A stretch of DNA of 63,243 nucleotides, counting the filler. It is 4 parts of 4 records of this genome, joined end to end, with 100 filler letters (N's around TTAATTAATTAA, not from the genome) between each part and the next. Parts side by side here need not be neighbours in the genome. Positions count along the whole stretch, not along the records: positions 11,016 to 38,598 come from DRR378314_421; 3 more parts are not named here. One strand, given 5' to 3'. Within the stretch, counting starts at the first letter, position 1. Each line of letters opens with the position of its first letter. The notes beneath the pieces are model-generated. The model saw only the letters and a program-made list of their open reading frames with translations, was not told the origin of the DNA and searched no databases. Positions 18,823-30,046 of the stretch are shown in pieces. A program made the translations under genes and the position numbers.

Positions 18823-19419
18823 TTAGCCTTTCTGTTCAGGGCGGTAGCTATGCAGGCGCTGCAACGCAGTTCCCCAGCCTTCCGCCATTAATGTGTCGAT
18901 ACTGCGGCTGGCTTCATCGATACAGTCATCAATAAGCCGCTGTTCATTTGCTGAAGCTTTGCCTAAGACAAAGCCAGTTACCTTCGTTTTATCGCCTGGG
19001 TGGCCAATACCAATGCGTAACCGCATAAAGTCCTGGCTGCCTGTCTGGGCAATAATGTCTTTAATTCCGTTATGCCCGCCGGCACCTCCACCTTTCTTAA
19101 ACTTAGCAACGCCGGGTGGTAAATCGAGCTCATCGTAAGCCACTAAAATTTCGTTAGCCGGTATTTTATAAAAGTTAGCCAGAGCCGCAACAGAGAAGCC
19201 ACTACGGTTCATAAAATTTTGTGGTAATACAATGCGCAGGTCATGAGCGCCTTGTTGCCAGCGTCCAATCAGAGCTTTGCTTTTTGTATCAGGGGAGAGC
19301 GTAATCGCGTGGCGTCTGCAAAAGTCATCGACTAACCAGAAACCAGCGTTGTGGCGAGTTCGTTCATACTCGGGGCCCGGATTTCCCAGGCCCACAAGCA
19401 GTTTTACTTCAGTTCCCAT
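18823..19419 (-). CDS. pth: Peptidyl-tRNA hydrolase
   Basis: GLGNPG, TRHNAGF, FMNRSG, GGHNGI. Confidence 0.96.
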   Translation of the reverse strand: MGTEVKLLVGLGNPGPEYERTRHNAGFWLVDDFCRRHAITLSPDTKSKALIGRWQQGAHDLRIVLPQNFMNRSGFSVAALANFYKIPANEILVAYDELDLPPGVAKFKKGGGAGGHNGIKDIIAQTGSQDFMRLRIGIGHPGDKTKVTGFVLGKASANEQRLIDDCIDEASRSIDTLMAEGWGTALQRLHSYRPEQKG

Positions 19420-19433
19420 AACAGGAGACTGAC

Positions 19434-20099
19434 TTATTCTTCGTCAGCGTCTTTGCTGTTTTCAGCAGGAACGTCGCCGGGTGCTACTGTATCTTCTTCG
19501 GTCTCTTCTTTCTCGACGCGAGGAGCAGTAATAGACACAACCGCCTGGTCGTGGTCTTCACCTTTAGTCAGTTCAACTAACTCAACGCCTTTTGGCAGTT
19601 TTAAGTCAGTCAGGTGAATGGTGTCACCTACGCTGAGTTCAGCAATATCAACTTCCAGGTATTCTGGTAAGTCTTTCGGTAATACAGTAATTTCCACGTC
19701 GTTTACGTGGTGAACAACAACACCGCCTTCTTCTTTAACGCCCTTCGCAGTTGTTTCGTTTAAGAAATGCAGAGGTAAGTTAGTGTGAAGTTTGTGGCCT
19801 TTTTCTACACGCTGGAAATCCAGGTGAGTCAATTTAGGCTTGTACGGGTGACGCTGCATGTCTTTTAGGATTGCCTGATGTTTCTTACCATCAAATTCCA
19901 GCGTCACAATGTGTGAATAGAAGGCTTCGTAGTCGGCCATGTTATTCACTTTATTGTGGTCTAACGCTAATGCGATTGGCTCGCCCTGACCACCGTATAA
20001 AATCGCTGGTACTTTGTCCTCATGACGCAGGCGGCGGCTCGCACCTTTCCCTTTGTCCGTGCGGACGGTAGCTTGGATGTTAAAATCTAATTCAGCCAT
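19434..20099 (-). CDS. rplY: 50S ribosomal protein L25/Ctc (long TL5 form)
   Basis: GKGASRRLR, VPAILYG, QRHPYK, HLDF plus C-terminal domain; GAGAGG RBS before the ATG at 20099. Confidence 0.95.
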   Translation of the reverse strand: MAELDFNIQATVRTDKGKGASRRLRHEDKVPAILYGGQGEPIALALDHNKVNNMADYEAFYSHIVTLEFDGKKHQAILKDMQRHPYKPKLTHLDFQRVEKGHKLHTNLPLHFLNETTAKGVKEEGGVVVHHVNDVEITVLPKDLPEYLEVDIAELSVGDTIHLTDLKLPKGVELVELTKGEDHDQAVVSITAPRVEKEETEEDTVAPGDVPAENSKDADEE

Positions 20100-20113
20100 G
20101 ATTTGGCCTCTCA

Positions 20114-20200
20114 ATGTTTAAAGTTTTTATTTGTCAGCACTCGCGACCAAGAGCTGACCCAGAAACTTAGAAACCGACAACGAGGCCGGTTTCTAAGGGC
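20114..20200 (-). ncRNA. Putative L25 (rplY) autoregulatory leader
   Basis: Two hairpins in the 5' UTR: CTTAGAAACCG/CGGTTTCTAAG (20166-20197) and GTCAGC..TGGTCGC..GCTGAC (20133-20158). Confidence 0.6.
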
Positions 20201-20206
20201 GCGCAA

Positions 20207-20235
20207 TACTAGCACTGGGCAGGAATAATTACAAC
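20207..20235 (-). promoter_or_regulatory. Sigma70 promoter of rplY
   Basis: TTGTAA-17 nt-TAGTAT followed by a GC-rich discriminator. Confidence 0.65.
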
Positions 20236-20237
20236 AA

Positions 20238-21185
20238 TCAGTAATCGAACATTGCTGAAATAGATTCTTCATTACTGACTCGACGCAGTGCTTCTGAAAG
20301 CATACCGGACAAGGTTAACTGAGTAACTTTACCAGTGGCTTTCATGGCATCGCTCAACGGAACACTGTCGGTAACGATAAATTCGTCAATTTCAGAGTCT
20401 TTAATGTTCTGCACCGCATTACCGGAAAACACCGGGTGAGTAGCGTAAGCAAACACACGCTTTGCACCGTGAGATTTCAGTGCTTCTGCGGCTTTGCAAA
20501 GCGTTCCGCCAGTATCAATCATGTCATCGACAATAATGCAGTCACGGCCTTTAACATCACCAATTATGTGCATAACCTGCGATACGTTGGCTGACGGACG
20601 GCGCTTATCAATGATGGCTAAATCGGTGTCGTCCATTAGCTTGGCAAAAGCACGGGCACGCACAACACCACCAATATCAGGAGAGACCACAACCGGATGG
20701 TCGAAGTTTTGCTGACGCATGTGCTCTAATAAAACCGGGGTTCCGAAAACGTTATCGACAGGCACATCGAAGAAGCCCTGAATTTGCTCTGCGTGTAAGT
20801 CGACAGTCAGTACACGGTCAACACCCACACTGGATAAGAAATCGGCAACAACTTTAGCAGTAATAGGAACACGAGCTGAACGAACCCGGCGATCCTGACG
20901 AGCGTAACCAAAATAAGGCATCACTGCAGTAATACGACCAGCAGACGCACGACGTAAGGCGTCCACCATAACAATGAGTTCCATTAAATTGTCATTGGTT
21001 GGGGCGCACGTAGATTGAAGAATAAAGACGTCGGAACCGCGGACGTTTTCATTGATGGCGACGCTAATTTCGCCGTCACTAAAGCGACCAACGGAAGCTT
21101 CACCAAGTTTGATATAAAGGCGATCGGCGATTTTCTGGGCTAGCTCAGGAGTGGCGTTGCCGGCGAAAAGTTTCATGTCAGGCAC
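20238..21185 (-). CDS. prs: Ribose-phosphate pyrophosphokinase
   Basis: [36 protein letters not shown]. Confidence 0.97.
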   Translation of the reverse strand: MPDMKLFAGNATPELAQKIADRLYIKLGEASVGRFSDGEISVAINENVRGSDVFILQSTCAPTNDNLMELIVMVDALRRASAGRITAVMPYFGYARQDRRVRSARVPITAKVVADFLSSVGVDRVLTVDLHAEQIQGFFDVPVDNVFGTPVLLEHMRQQNFDHPVVVSPDIGGVVRARAFAKLMDDTDLAIIDKRRPSANVSQVMHIIGDVKGRDCIIVDDMIDTGGTLCKAAEALKSHGAKRVFAYATHPVFSGNAVQNIKDSEIDEFIVTDSVPLSDAMKATGKVTQLTLSGMLSEALRRVSNEESISAMFDY

Positions 21186-21200
21186 AACATACCTCGACTT

Positions 21201-22061
21201 TTATTGGGTTAATGTCTGGATAAGTGGTGAACGGTTCTGGCCTTGAGCGATAAATGAGCAAAGTTCTTTGGGAACCTGCTGTTGCGCTTCCTTTGCGGCT
21301 TGTCTTGTTTCGAATGTTGAAAAAAGACATGCTCCACTGCCAGTGAGCCGAGTCGGGGCGTATTCTAGCAAGGCACGGCGTAACATAGCAACTTCGGTGT
21401 GTAGATCGCAGACCACTGGTTCAAACACATTCGCGACTTTTTGCTGTTGCCAGTTGTCCGCGGTAACCGGCGAGCAGTTGCGTTCTAGCTTAGGGTGAGA
21501 GAACAACGCAGCCGTACTGATAGAAACATTGGGTTTAACCACTAAATACCACGGAGTAGGCGGTGTTATATTAGTGAACACATCGCCGATACCTTCAGCA
21601 AAACAAGCATGTCCATGAATAAACACAGGCACATCGGCACCGAGTTTGCGACCTATTGCCTGTAATTCAGTGCTATTTAAATGGCTACCCCAAAGCTGAT
21701 TCAGCCCCACCAGTGCGGTTGCCGCATTAGATGAACCACCACCTAGCCCGGCACCCTGAGGAAGTCTCTTAATTAATTCAATCGAGCAGCCAGGAAGTTG
21801 CGTAATGCCTTTTTCTTCGTATGTTTTTCTTAGCGCTGTTAACGCCTTCCAGACTAAATTCTCGTCGCGGGGAATGTGGCTATCGTGGTCAATTAAATCA
21901 AACTTGTCGTCGGCGGCGGTATAGAATTTCAGAGTGTCGGCGTAGTCCAGAAACTGAAAAACAGTCTGTAAATTGTGGTACCCGTCGGAGCGGCGCCCGA
22001 TAATATGCAAAAATAGGTTGAGTTTCGCCGGAGCTGGGAGCGTTAAGGTGTTTACTGCCAT
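21201..22061 (-). CDS. ispE: 4-diphosphocytidyl-2-C-methyl-D-erythritol kinase
   Basis: PAKLNLFL, GYHNLQTVF, GAGLGGGSSNAA, GADVP, LTGSG. Confidence 0.95.
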   Translation of the reverse strand: MAVNTLTLPAPAKLNLFLHIIGRRSDGYHNLQTVFQFLDYADTLKFYTAADDKFDLIDHDSHIPRDENLVWKALTALRKTYEEKGITQLPGCSIELIKRLPQGAGLGGGSSNAATALVGLNQLWGSHLNSTELQAIGRKLGADVPVFIHGHACFAEGIGDVFTNITPPTPWYLVVKPNVSISTAALFSHPKLERNCSPVTADNWQQQKVANVFEPVVCDLHTEVAMLRRALLEYAPTRLTGSGACLFSTFETRQAAKEAQQQVPKELCSFIAQGQNRSPLIQTLTQ

Positions 22062-22678
22062 TCGTTCACTTGTACCTTTATCAGTAGATCCGGACTTTCC
22101 AGATGGATTTGTTCCGGCAAGGTTACTGTTTGTACTTTGTCCTGATCATAGAACCAGTTGAGCTGCCAGTTTTGACCCCGGTGAAATATCGTCGACTGAG
22201 CTAAGGTTCCATCTTTATGATAACTCACAGACTTTAGTGAGTTTGTTTTTCTGCCCAGAACCCAGTGGTGTAACTGCTCAAAGGGAACGGCTGCACCCAG
22301 TAGACGGTATAATAAAGCGTCTGCTGAAGGAGCCCAGCGTTCCTGATCATCGGAGTCAGTTAACAAGGCGCCGCTGTCATCGACGGTCAGCTTAGCCAGT
22401 TGGCCTTTTAGCGGGTGAGAAAAACGAATAACCTGTTGGTGAGGCTGGTAGTGCCAGTTAATGTAAAAACTGTCCCTTTCCTTATTTTGCTTTTGAATAA
22501 CCGCCATGCGGCCACTTAACGACCACTGTTGCAACTGCTCCAGCTTTTGTTGATGAGCGTCAATAATACGTTGATTAACTTCGGTACTGCTTGCTTGCTC
22601 TGATGGCGTCGGCAGCGCGCACCCGGTTAACGATGTTATAACAACCAGGTAAACCCAGAATAGTCGGCGTTGAATCAT
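22052..22678 (-). CDS. lolB: Outer-membrane lipoprotein insertase LolB
   Basis: Lipobox LTGC, WSLSGRM, conserved position between hemA and ispE; start moved to the ATG at 22678. Confidence 0.85.
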   Translation of the reverse strand: MIQRRLFWVYLVVITSLTGCALPTPSEQASSTEVNQRIIDAHQQKLEQLQQWSLSGRMAVIQKQNKERDSFYINWHYQPHQQVIRFSHPLKGQLAKLTVDDSGALLTDSDDQERWAPSADALLYRLLGAAVPFEQLHHWVLGRKTNSLKSVSYHKDGTLAQSTIFHRGQNWQLNWFYDQDKVQTVTLPEQIHLESPDLLIKVQVNEWQ

Positions 22679-22810
22679 ATTTTTCAATTGCTGCAATCGG
22701 AATGTAATTAGTTGACCAGAAAGCGCTGTCACTTTCAATGACTAAGGCTTTCACGTACAATCGGGCAACTTAGATTTTGGCCGCGTTGGGATAACGAGTT
22801 TCACAGTCAG

Positions 22811-24082
22811 ATGACCATTTCAGCTCTCGGAATTAATCATAAAACCGCATCAGTCGATTTGCGCGAGCAAGTTGCGTTCAGTGCTGAACAGCTTGATGCT
22901 GCGCTGCAGGCTGTACGTAATCTTCAAGGTGTTGAAGAAGCCGTCATCGTCTCTACCTGTAACCGAACCGAGCTATATTGCCGGGGTGAAGTGTCTGGCG
23001 ACTTGCTCCTGGGCTGGTTAACCGGTTTCCACAAATTGGCACCAAATGCGCTGGAAAATCATCATTATCACTTTCAGGGCGAGCAGGCCATTACTCATCT
23101 TATGTCGGTTGCCAGTGGTTTAGACTCACTGGTGCTTGGCGAGCCACAAATTCTGGGGCAGGTGAAGCAAGCGTATCAGGCCGCAAAACGTCAGGCCTCG
23201 GTGGGCGGTATCCTTGAACGCTTATTTCAGCAAACCTTTCGTGTAGCAAAAACCGTTAGAAATGAAACCGCGGTAGGTCAAAACGCGGTTTCGGTTGCAT
23301 ATGCTGCGGTTTCTATGGCGCGTCATATTTTCGCTAATTTGCAGAAATCGAAGGTGCTGCTGATTGGAGCCGGTGATACTTCCGAGCTGGTTGCTCAGCA
23401 TTTGAAACAACAAGGCGTAACCGAAATTCTGGTGGCAAACCGGACTCTGCAACGAGCTAGCGAGATGGCTGAACGTGTCGGGGCAACGGCTCACAGCTTG
23501 TCTGAGTTATCAGAGTTATTACCGCAGGCCGATATTGTCGTCAGTTCAACCGCCAGTACTTTGCCTATTGTGGGCAAAGGCAGCATTGAAAAAGCACTGA
23601 AAAAGCGTCGCCACAGACCCATGCTGTTAATTGATCTGGCTGTGCCGCGGGACATTGAAGAGCAGGTTAATGAACTCGATGACGCTTATTTGTACACCGT
23701 TGACGATTTACAAAGTATTATTAGCGAAAATATCCGTAACCGTGAGCAGGCGGCTCGTGAAGCTCAGGTTATTATTCAGCAGCAAACGAAAGAGTTTAAT
23801 GACTGGCTGAAATCCCTGAATAGTGTAGAGCTGGTGCGGGAGTACCGTACGCACACAAAAACACTAGCTGACGAGCAGTTAAAAAAAGCATTAGCGCAAA
23901 TAGAGCAGGGCAAAGACCCGGCCGAAGTGCTGCAACGATTCAGTCACAGGCTGGTGCAGCAGTTAACGCATAAACCGACAAGCTTATTGAAATCTGCCGG
24001 CGAAAATAATGACCAATATACGCTGGCCGTTTTGCAACAACTTTGGTCAGAGCCATCCTCTGACTCATCAAAAGGCAAATAA
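22811..24082 (+). CDS. hemA: Glutamyl-tRNA reductase
   Basis: [36 protein letters not shown]. Confidence 0.97.
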   Translation: MTISALGINHKTASVDLREQVAFSAEQLDAALQAVRNLQGVEEAVIVSTCNRTELYCRGEVSGDLLLGWLTGFHKLAPNALENHHYHFQGEQAITHLMSVASGLDSLVLGEPQILGQVKQAYQAAKRQASVGGILERLFQQTFRVAKTVRNETAVGQNAVSVAYAAVSMARHIFANLQKSKVLLIGAGDTSELVAQHLKQQGVTEILVANRTLQRASEMAERVGATAHSLSELSELLPQADIVVSSTASTLPIVGKGSIEKALKKRRHRPMLLIDLAVPRDIEEQVNELDDAYLYTVDDLQSIISENIRNREQAAREAQVIIQQQTKEFNDWLKSLNSVELVREYRTHTKTLADEQLKKALAQIEQGKDPAEVLQRFSHRLVQQLTHKPTSLLKSAGENNDQYTLAVLQQLWSEPSSDSSKGK

Positions 24083-24086
24083 AAAC

Positions 24087-25181
24087 ATGTTGAATCCATC
24101 CATTGAACGCAAACTAGAAGGGTTAGTTGAGCGTTATCAGGAAGTGCAGGCTTTATTGGGTGAGCCCGATGTGATCAGTGATCAAAACCGTTTTCGCTCA
24201 TTATCGCGTGAGTACTCTCAATTAGAAGAGGTGGTTGGTTGCTTTGAAGAGTACCGCCAGAATCAGGATGATCAGGCAGCCGCAAAAGATATGGCGGAAG
24301 ATGATGACGCTGAAATGCGCGAAATGGCGGAAGAAGAGCTAAAAGAGGCAAGAAAAGCCGAAGAAGAGCTGGAAAACCGCCTACAACTTCTGTTGCTGCC
24401 TAAAGACCCGAACGATGATCGTTCATGCTATTTGGAAATTCGGGCCGGAGCTGGCGGTGATGAAGCGTCGATATTCGCCGGCGATTTATTCCGTATGTAT
24501 AGCCGCTACGCTGAAAAAAATGGCTGGAAGGTCAATATTGTCAGTGCCAGTGATGGCGAACACGGCGGTTATAAAGAAATTATTGCTCACATGAGTGGTG
24601 ATGGTGTTTACGGACGCATGAAGTTTGAGTCTGGTGGGCATCGGGTGCAGCGTGTTCCTGAAACTGAATCGCAAGGGCGTATTCATACTTCAGCTTGTAC
24701 CGTTGCCGTGTTACCGGAAATTCCAGAAGCCGAGGCCGTTGAAATTAACCCGGCGGACTTACGTGTCGATACTTACCGCGCCTCGGGTGCTGGTGGTCAG
24801 CACGTTAACCGAACCGATTCTGCTATTCGTCTTACCCACATACCAACTGGTGTGGTTGTTGAATGTCAGGAAGAGCGTTCGCAACATAAAAACCGGGCTA
24901 AAGCCATGTCGGTTTTACAGGCAAGAATACAACGTCTGGAAGATGAAAAACGTCAGGCAGAAGAAGACAGTACCCGCCGTAATTTGGTAGGAAGTGGTGA
25001 TCGTTCGGAGCGTATTCGCACTTATAATTACCCGCAAAGCCGGGTAACAGACCACCGCATTAACCTGACCTTGTACCGGTTAGATGAAGTACTAACCGGC
25101 GATATTGATTTGATACTGGATGCCATTATTACTGAGCATCAGGCGGATCAACTGGCGGCTCTGTCTGAAGGACAGCAATGA
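24087..25181 (+). CDS. prfA: Peptide chain release factor 1
   Basis: [11 protein letters not shown] tripeptide, RIRTYNYPQ; start moved to the ATG at 24087. Confidence 0.97.
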   Translation: MLNPSIERKLEGLVERYQEVQALLGEPDVISDQNRFRSLSREYSQLEEVVGCFEEYRQNQDDQAAAKDMAEDDDAEMREMAEEELKEARKAEEELENRLQLLLLPKDPNDDRSCYLEIRAGAGGDEASIFAGDLFRMYSRYAEKNGWKVNIVSASDGEHGGYKEIIAHMSGDGVYGRMKFESGGHRVQRVPETESQGRIHTSACTVAVLPEIPEAEAVEINPADLRVDTYRASGAGGQHVNRTDSAIRLTHIPTGVVVECQEERSQHKNRAKAMSVLQARIQRLEDEKRQAEEDSTRRNLVGSGDRSERIRTYNYPQSRVTDHRINLTLYRLDEVLTGDIDLILDAIITEHQADQLAALSEGQQ

Positions 25182-26023
25182 CGCTGGAGCAAGCCATAAA
25201 GTGGGGGCGGGAGCAGTTAAAGCAGAGTGAAGATGCTGCTGCGGATGTTTCTGCCTTACTTTGCTTTGTGCTGGATAAAGAAAAAACTTACCTTATGACC
25301 TGGCCGGAAAAGCAGCTGACAGAAGAGCAGCAATGCCATTATGAGGAATGTATTTTAGCTCGGCAGAAAGGCAAGCCCGTGGCTCATATCACTGGTCGCC
25401 GCGAGTTTTGGTCATTGATGCTTGAAGTAAACGACAGCACGTTAATTCCCCGTCCCGATACTGAAACGCTGGTTGAAGCGGCGCTTAGTCTTGAACTTCC
25501 CGAGCATGCGCGCGTACTGGATTTAGGCACGGGTACGGGTGCGGTTGCGCTGGCTTTGAAGTCTGAACGTCCCGGCTGGCAAGTTTGGGCGTGTGATAAA
25601 AGTAGCGACGCGGTGGAACTGGCACGCCGGAATAGTCAGGCTTTAGGTTTAAATGTTGAAATTTTGTGCAGTAACTGGTTTCAATCTGTGCCAAAGTCTC
25701 TTAAGTTTGACTTGATTCTATCGAACCCTCCCTACATTGATGCAGGCGATCCGCACTTGAGTATGGGAGATGTCAGATTTGAGCCTCAGACGGCGTTAAT
25801 TGCGGAAAATAACGGTTTAGCCGATATAGAGACTATTATAAAAGAAGCCAATAATCATTTAGCAAACTATGGGTGGTTACTACTTGAACAGGGATGGCGC
25901 CAGGCTGATAGCGTGGTGGAGTTACTGTTTAAAAATGGTTACAAAAAGGTTAACCGCTGGCAGGATTATGCTAGGGTAGAACGAGTTACCGGCGGAACAA
26001 AAGCCAGGGCGGGGAGAGACTAA
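25178..26023 (+). CDS. prmC: Release factor glutamine methyltransferase
   Basis: [21 protein letters not shown]. Confidence 0.96.
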   Translation: MTLEQAIKWGREQLKQSEDAAADVSALLCFVLDKEKTYLMTWPEKQLTEEQQCHYEECILARQKGKPVAHITGRREFWSLMLEVNDSTLIPRPDTETLVEAALSLELPEHARVLDLGTGTGAVALALKSERPGWQVWACDKSSDAVELARRNSQALGLNVEILCSNWFQSVPKSLKFDLILSNPPYIDAGDPHLSMGDVRFEPQTALIAENNGLADIETIIKEANNHLANYGWLLLEQGWRQADSVVELLFKNGYKKVNRWQDYARVERVTGGTKARAGRD

Positions 26024-26025
26024 TA

Positions 26026-27498
26026 ATGAGCAATCAGTTTATGTTTGCTGACGAAGCCAGCCAGCAAACCACAAAATTACCGACAGAATACTGGAAAATT
26101 CTGATTGTCGATGATGAACCAGAGGTGCATGCGGTAACCAAACTGGCACTCAACGACTTTAATTTTTTAGGTCGTGGCTTAAAGTTTTACAGTGCTTTTT
26201 CTGGTGAAGAGGCAAAGCAGTTAATTGATGAGCATCCTGATGCAGCTATATTACTGCTGGATGTTGTCATGGAAACCGATGATGCCGGACTGCAGGTGGC
26301 ACGTTATATTCGGGAAGAAGCCGACAACCACTTTACCCGTATTATTTTGCGAACAGGGCAGCCGGGTCAGGCACCTGAACGTACCGTTATCGTTAACTAC
26401 GACATCAACGACTACAAATCCAAAACCGAACTCACTGCGCAGAAACTTTTTACTGCAGTAATGTCATCGCTGCGTTCGTACCGCGATATCATGTCCATTG
26501 ACCAAAGTCGTCACGGGCTTGAGAAAATCATCGCCGCTTCGGCGAATCTTTACGCTTTGCAACCAATGAACAGTTTTGTTGATGGTTTAGTGCAGCAGTT
26601 GAGCTGGGTTATCGGCGGTGCCAAACAAACCTTGTATGCTACTTCTAATGAAGATGGCTCATCCTATAAAGTGTTAGCCGCTCATGGAGAAGATTCCGGG
26701 GTTTGTGTTGGTCAGACTTTACGTTCGGTTATTCCATCAAAGGCTTTAGCCGAGTTAGAGCATGTTATTGCGAACCATGGTTCGTATTATGGTGACGACT
26801 TCGTATTGTTATACTGCCGAAGTCATTGCCGGTCGCACGGCTCTGTTTTGTTTATCGGCGGCTTATCCAGAGCACTTACGGCCGATGATCACCATGTACT
26901 TCAGCTGTTTTCTGAAAATGTACAACTGGCACAGGATAACGTGGTCTGTCTGGAAGATTCCGATCAGTTTCTGGCGCGTTTAGCCGATCAACTTATGCTA
27001 CATCATGCCAGCCACTTTAATGGCATCCTGGAGCAAAACAGCGAAGTCCGGCTGGCGTACGCTGTAGCTCAAAAAGTTGCGGCAGAAGACGCTGAGACAA
27101 CGGCTTTGGCCTGGTCTTTATTTGCGCAAGCGCGGCCGTTGCTTAATTGCGCTTCAGATGCGGCTGCAGCGGTAGAAACCACGTGTCAGCAACGAGTTGC
27201 CCGCTCATTACGAGCGCTGGGTCACGGTGAGCATGAAGCAACACAAAATGCGCACAGGGCACTTATTGAAAGACTGGAGCGCTGGGACGGCCTGGGTTTG
27301 CCCGAAGGTAAACAAGGCTCGGATATCGCGATAAGCACTCAGGTTCTTCTGTTGACCGAGCAGTTGCTGGATTGGTGGGAAAGTGGCATTAGTGACAGCG
27401 ATATTGCGGTACGCCTGAAAGATGAACGGGGCCGCTATTATTCACCTAAGTTTCTTGATGTTGTTATAAAATCCCTGCCTGAGTTGAGAACCATTTAA
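26026..27498 (+). CDS. Response regulator: REC + DUF3369-like + degenerate HD-GYP domain
   Basis: ILIVDDE, LLDVVM, RTGQPG, YKSK receiver residues; C-terminal ERWDGLGLPEG lacks HD and GYP. Confidence 0.8.
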   Translation: MSNQFMFADEASQQTTKLPTEYWKILIVDDEPEVHAVTKLALNDFNFLGRGLKFYSAFSGEEAKQLIDEHPDAAILLLDVVMETDDAGLQVARYIREEADNHFTRIILRTGQPGQAPERTVIVNYDINDYKSKTELTAQKLFTAVMSSLRSYRDIMSIDQSRHGLEKIIAASANLYALQPMNSFVDGLVQQLSWVIGGAKQTLYATSNEDGSSYKVLAAHGEDSGVCVGQTLRSVIPSKALAELEHVIANHGSYYGDDFVLLYCRSHCRSHGSVLFIGGLSRALTADDHHVLQLFSENVQLAQDNVVCLEDSDQFLARLADQLMLHHASHFNGILEQNSEVRLAYAVAQKVAAEDAETTALAWSLFAQARPLLNCASDAAAAVETTCQQRVARSLRALGHGEHEATQNAHRALIERLERWDGLGLPEGKQGSDIAISTQVLLLTEQLLDWWESGISDSDIAVRLKDERGRYYSPKFLDVVIKSLPELRTI

Positions 27499-27522
27499 TT
27501 AAATTAAAAATAAGAGGTTACT

Positions 27523-27897
27523 GTGTACGCTGCTTTTAAACACCTGCATGTATTATTTGTGCTGATTTCGATCAGTCTTTTTTTATTCCGTTTTGTGCTT
27601 CTGCTTCTTGACTCACCTTTATTAAAAAAGAAGTGGTTGAAGATAGTCCCTCACGTTAACGATACCTTATTGTTGCTCAGTGCGGTGGGTATCATGGTGA
27701 CATTAAGCATGTACCCAATTCAGGTTCCCTGGTTAACCGATAAAGTCATAGGTGTTATTGCTTATATTGGCTTTGGTGTCTTAGCTATGAAAGGAAAAAC
27801 AGCTGGAGCACGCTGGCTTGGTTTTATTGGCGCTTGCGGTTGGATAGCATTTTTATTGCACGTGGCCTTGTCCAAACAAGCACTTATTGCCGGTTAA
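27523..27897 (+). CDS. sirB2: SirB2/YchQ family membrane protein
   Basis: KHLH, PHVNDTLLLLSA, WLTDK; position in the prmC-kdsA operon. Confidence 0.88.
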   Translation: MYAAFKHLHVLFVLISISLFLFRFVLLLLDSPLLKKKWLKIVPHVNDTLLLLSAVGIMVTLSMYPIQVPWLTDKVIGVIAYIGFGVLAMKGKTAGARWLGFIGACGWIAFLLHVALSKQALIAG

Positions 27898-27912
27898 GTA
27901 AAAGGAGTACCT

Positions 27913-29184
27913 ATGTTAGCGCCTGAGTCTGTTGTTTCGGAAACGAATGCCTTAATCACTAACGATGGGGTTGTTATTGGTTTATTGCTGACCATCCTTG
28001 GTTTTGTATTTTACACCAATAGCAGCGAGCATCCTTTCTTCAAGAAGTTCTATCGCTTTGTTCCGGCTTTATTGCTTTGCTATTTCATACCGTCTTTGCT
28101 GAATACGTTCGGTATTGTCGACGGAAATCAAACTGCCGTAACAGATATAGCAATGGATTATCTGTTACCCGCCTGTATGGTATTGCTTACCCTAAGTCTG
28201 GATTTAAAAGCCGTAATGGGTCTTGGGTCAAAGGCTCTTATTCTATTTTTAACCGGTACTTTCGGTATTGTTATTGGTGGCCCTATAGCCTTGCTACTGG
28301 TGTCTGCCATATTTCCTGAAATGCTTGGCGGTGCAGGCCCCGATGCTGTTTGGCGTGGCATGACAACCATCGCTGGAAGCTGGATTGGTGGCGGTGCAAA
28401 CCAGGCTGCCATGAAAGAAGTTTACGAAGTCGGCGGCGATATTTTCTCAGCCATGGTGACCGTAGACATTATTGTTGCCAACTTATGGATGGCTGTACTG
28501 CTTTACATGGCAGCAAATGCTAAGAAAATTGATGCTCGCACCGGTGCTGATACATCCGCTATCGATAATATTCGTCATAAAGTGGAGCAATATGAAGCCG
28601 AGCATGTCAGAAACCCAAGCTTACGCGATTTAATGCTGATTCTGGCTATTGGTTTTGGTGTTGCCGGGTTAGCGCATTTGCTGGCTGACTGGATAGCTCC
28701 GGGAATAGCAACGAATTATCCTGCACTAAGTAAGTTCAGCCTGGACAGTCTGTTTTTCTGGGTTATTGTTTTAGCCACGGCTGGCGGTATTGCACTTTCT
28801 TTTACCCGGGCTCGTTCTTTGGAGGCCGCCGGGGCGTCAAAAATAGGCTCCGTTTTTGTTTATATTCTGGTGGCCAGCATTGGCCTGCATATGGACGTAA
28901 CCAAAATAGTAGAGGCGCCTAAGTACTTCTTAATTGGTGCTATCTGGATGCTGATCCACGCTGGGCTTATGTTACTTGTGGCAAAACTGCTTCGTGCTCC
29001 TGTATTTTATATGGCAGTGGGCAGTCAGGCTAATGTGGGTGGCGCAGCGTCAGCACCGGTTGTTGCTTCAGCTTTTCATCCATCATTGGCGCCTGTTGGT
29101 GTATTATTAGCGGTAATGGGTTATGCGCTTGGAACCTATATGGCGTATTTCGCCGGACAGATTCTACGAGTTGTCGGTAGTTAA
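27913..29184 (+). CDS. DUF819-family multi-pass membrane protein (putative transporter)
   Basis: About 12 TMs; GSWIGGGANQAAM and GSQANVGGAASAP motifs. Confidence 0.75.
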   Translation: MLAPESVVSETNALITNDGVVIGLLLTILGFVFYTNSSEHPFFKKFYRFVPALLLCYFIPSLLNTFGIVDGNQTAVTDIAMDYLLPACMVLLTLSLDLKAVMGLGSKALILFLTGTFGIVIGGPIALLLVSAIFPEMLGGAGPDAVWRGMTTIAGSWIGGGANQAAMKEVYEVGGDIFSAMVTVDIIVANLWMAVLLYMAANAKKIDARTGADTSAIDNIRHKVEQYEAEHVRNPSLRDLMLILAIGFGVAGLAHLLADWIAPGIATNYPALSKFSLDSLFFWVIVLATAGGIALSFTRARSLEAAGASKIGSVFVYILVASIGLHMDVTKIVEAPKYFLIGAIWMLIHAGLMLLVAKLLRAPVFYMAVGSQANVGGAASAPVVASAFHPSLAPVGVLLAVMGYALGTYMAYFAGQILRVVGS

Positions 29185-30042
<858 letters not shown>

Positions 30043-30046
30043 AACG

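Noticed and set aside
18191-18826. 211-aa plus-strand ORF
   Set aside because: Antisense shadow of ychF.
21186-21200. tRNA-Gln sometimes found between ispE and prs
   Set aside because: The gap is only 15 nt.
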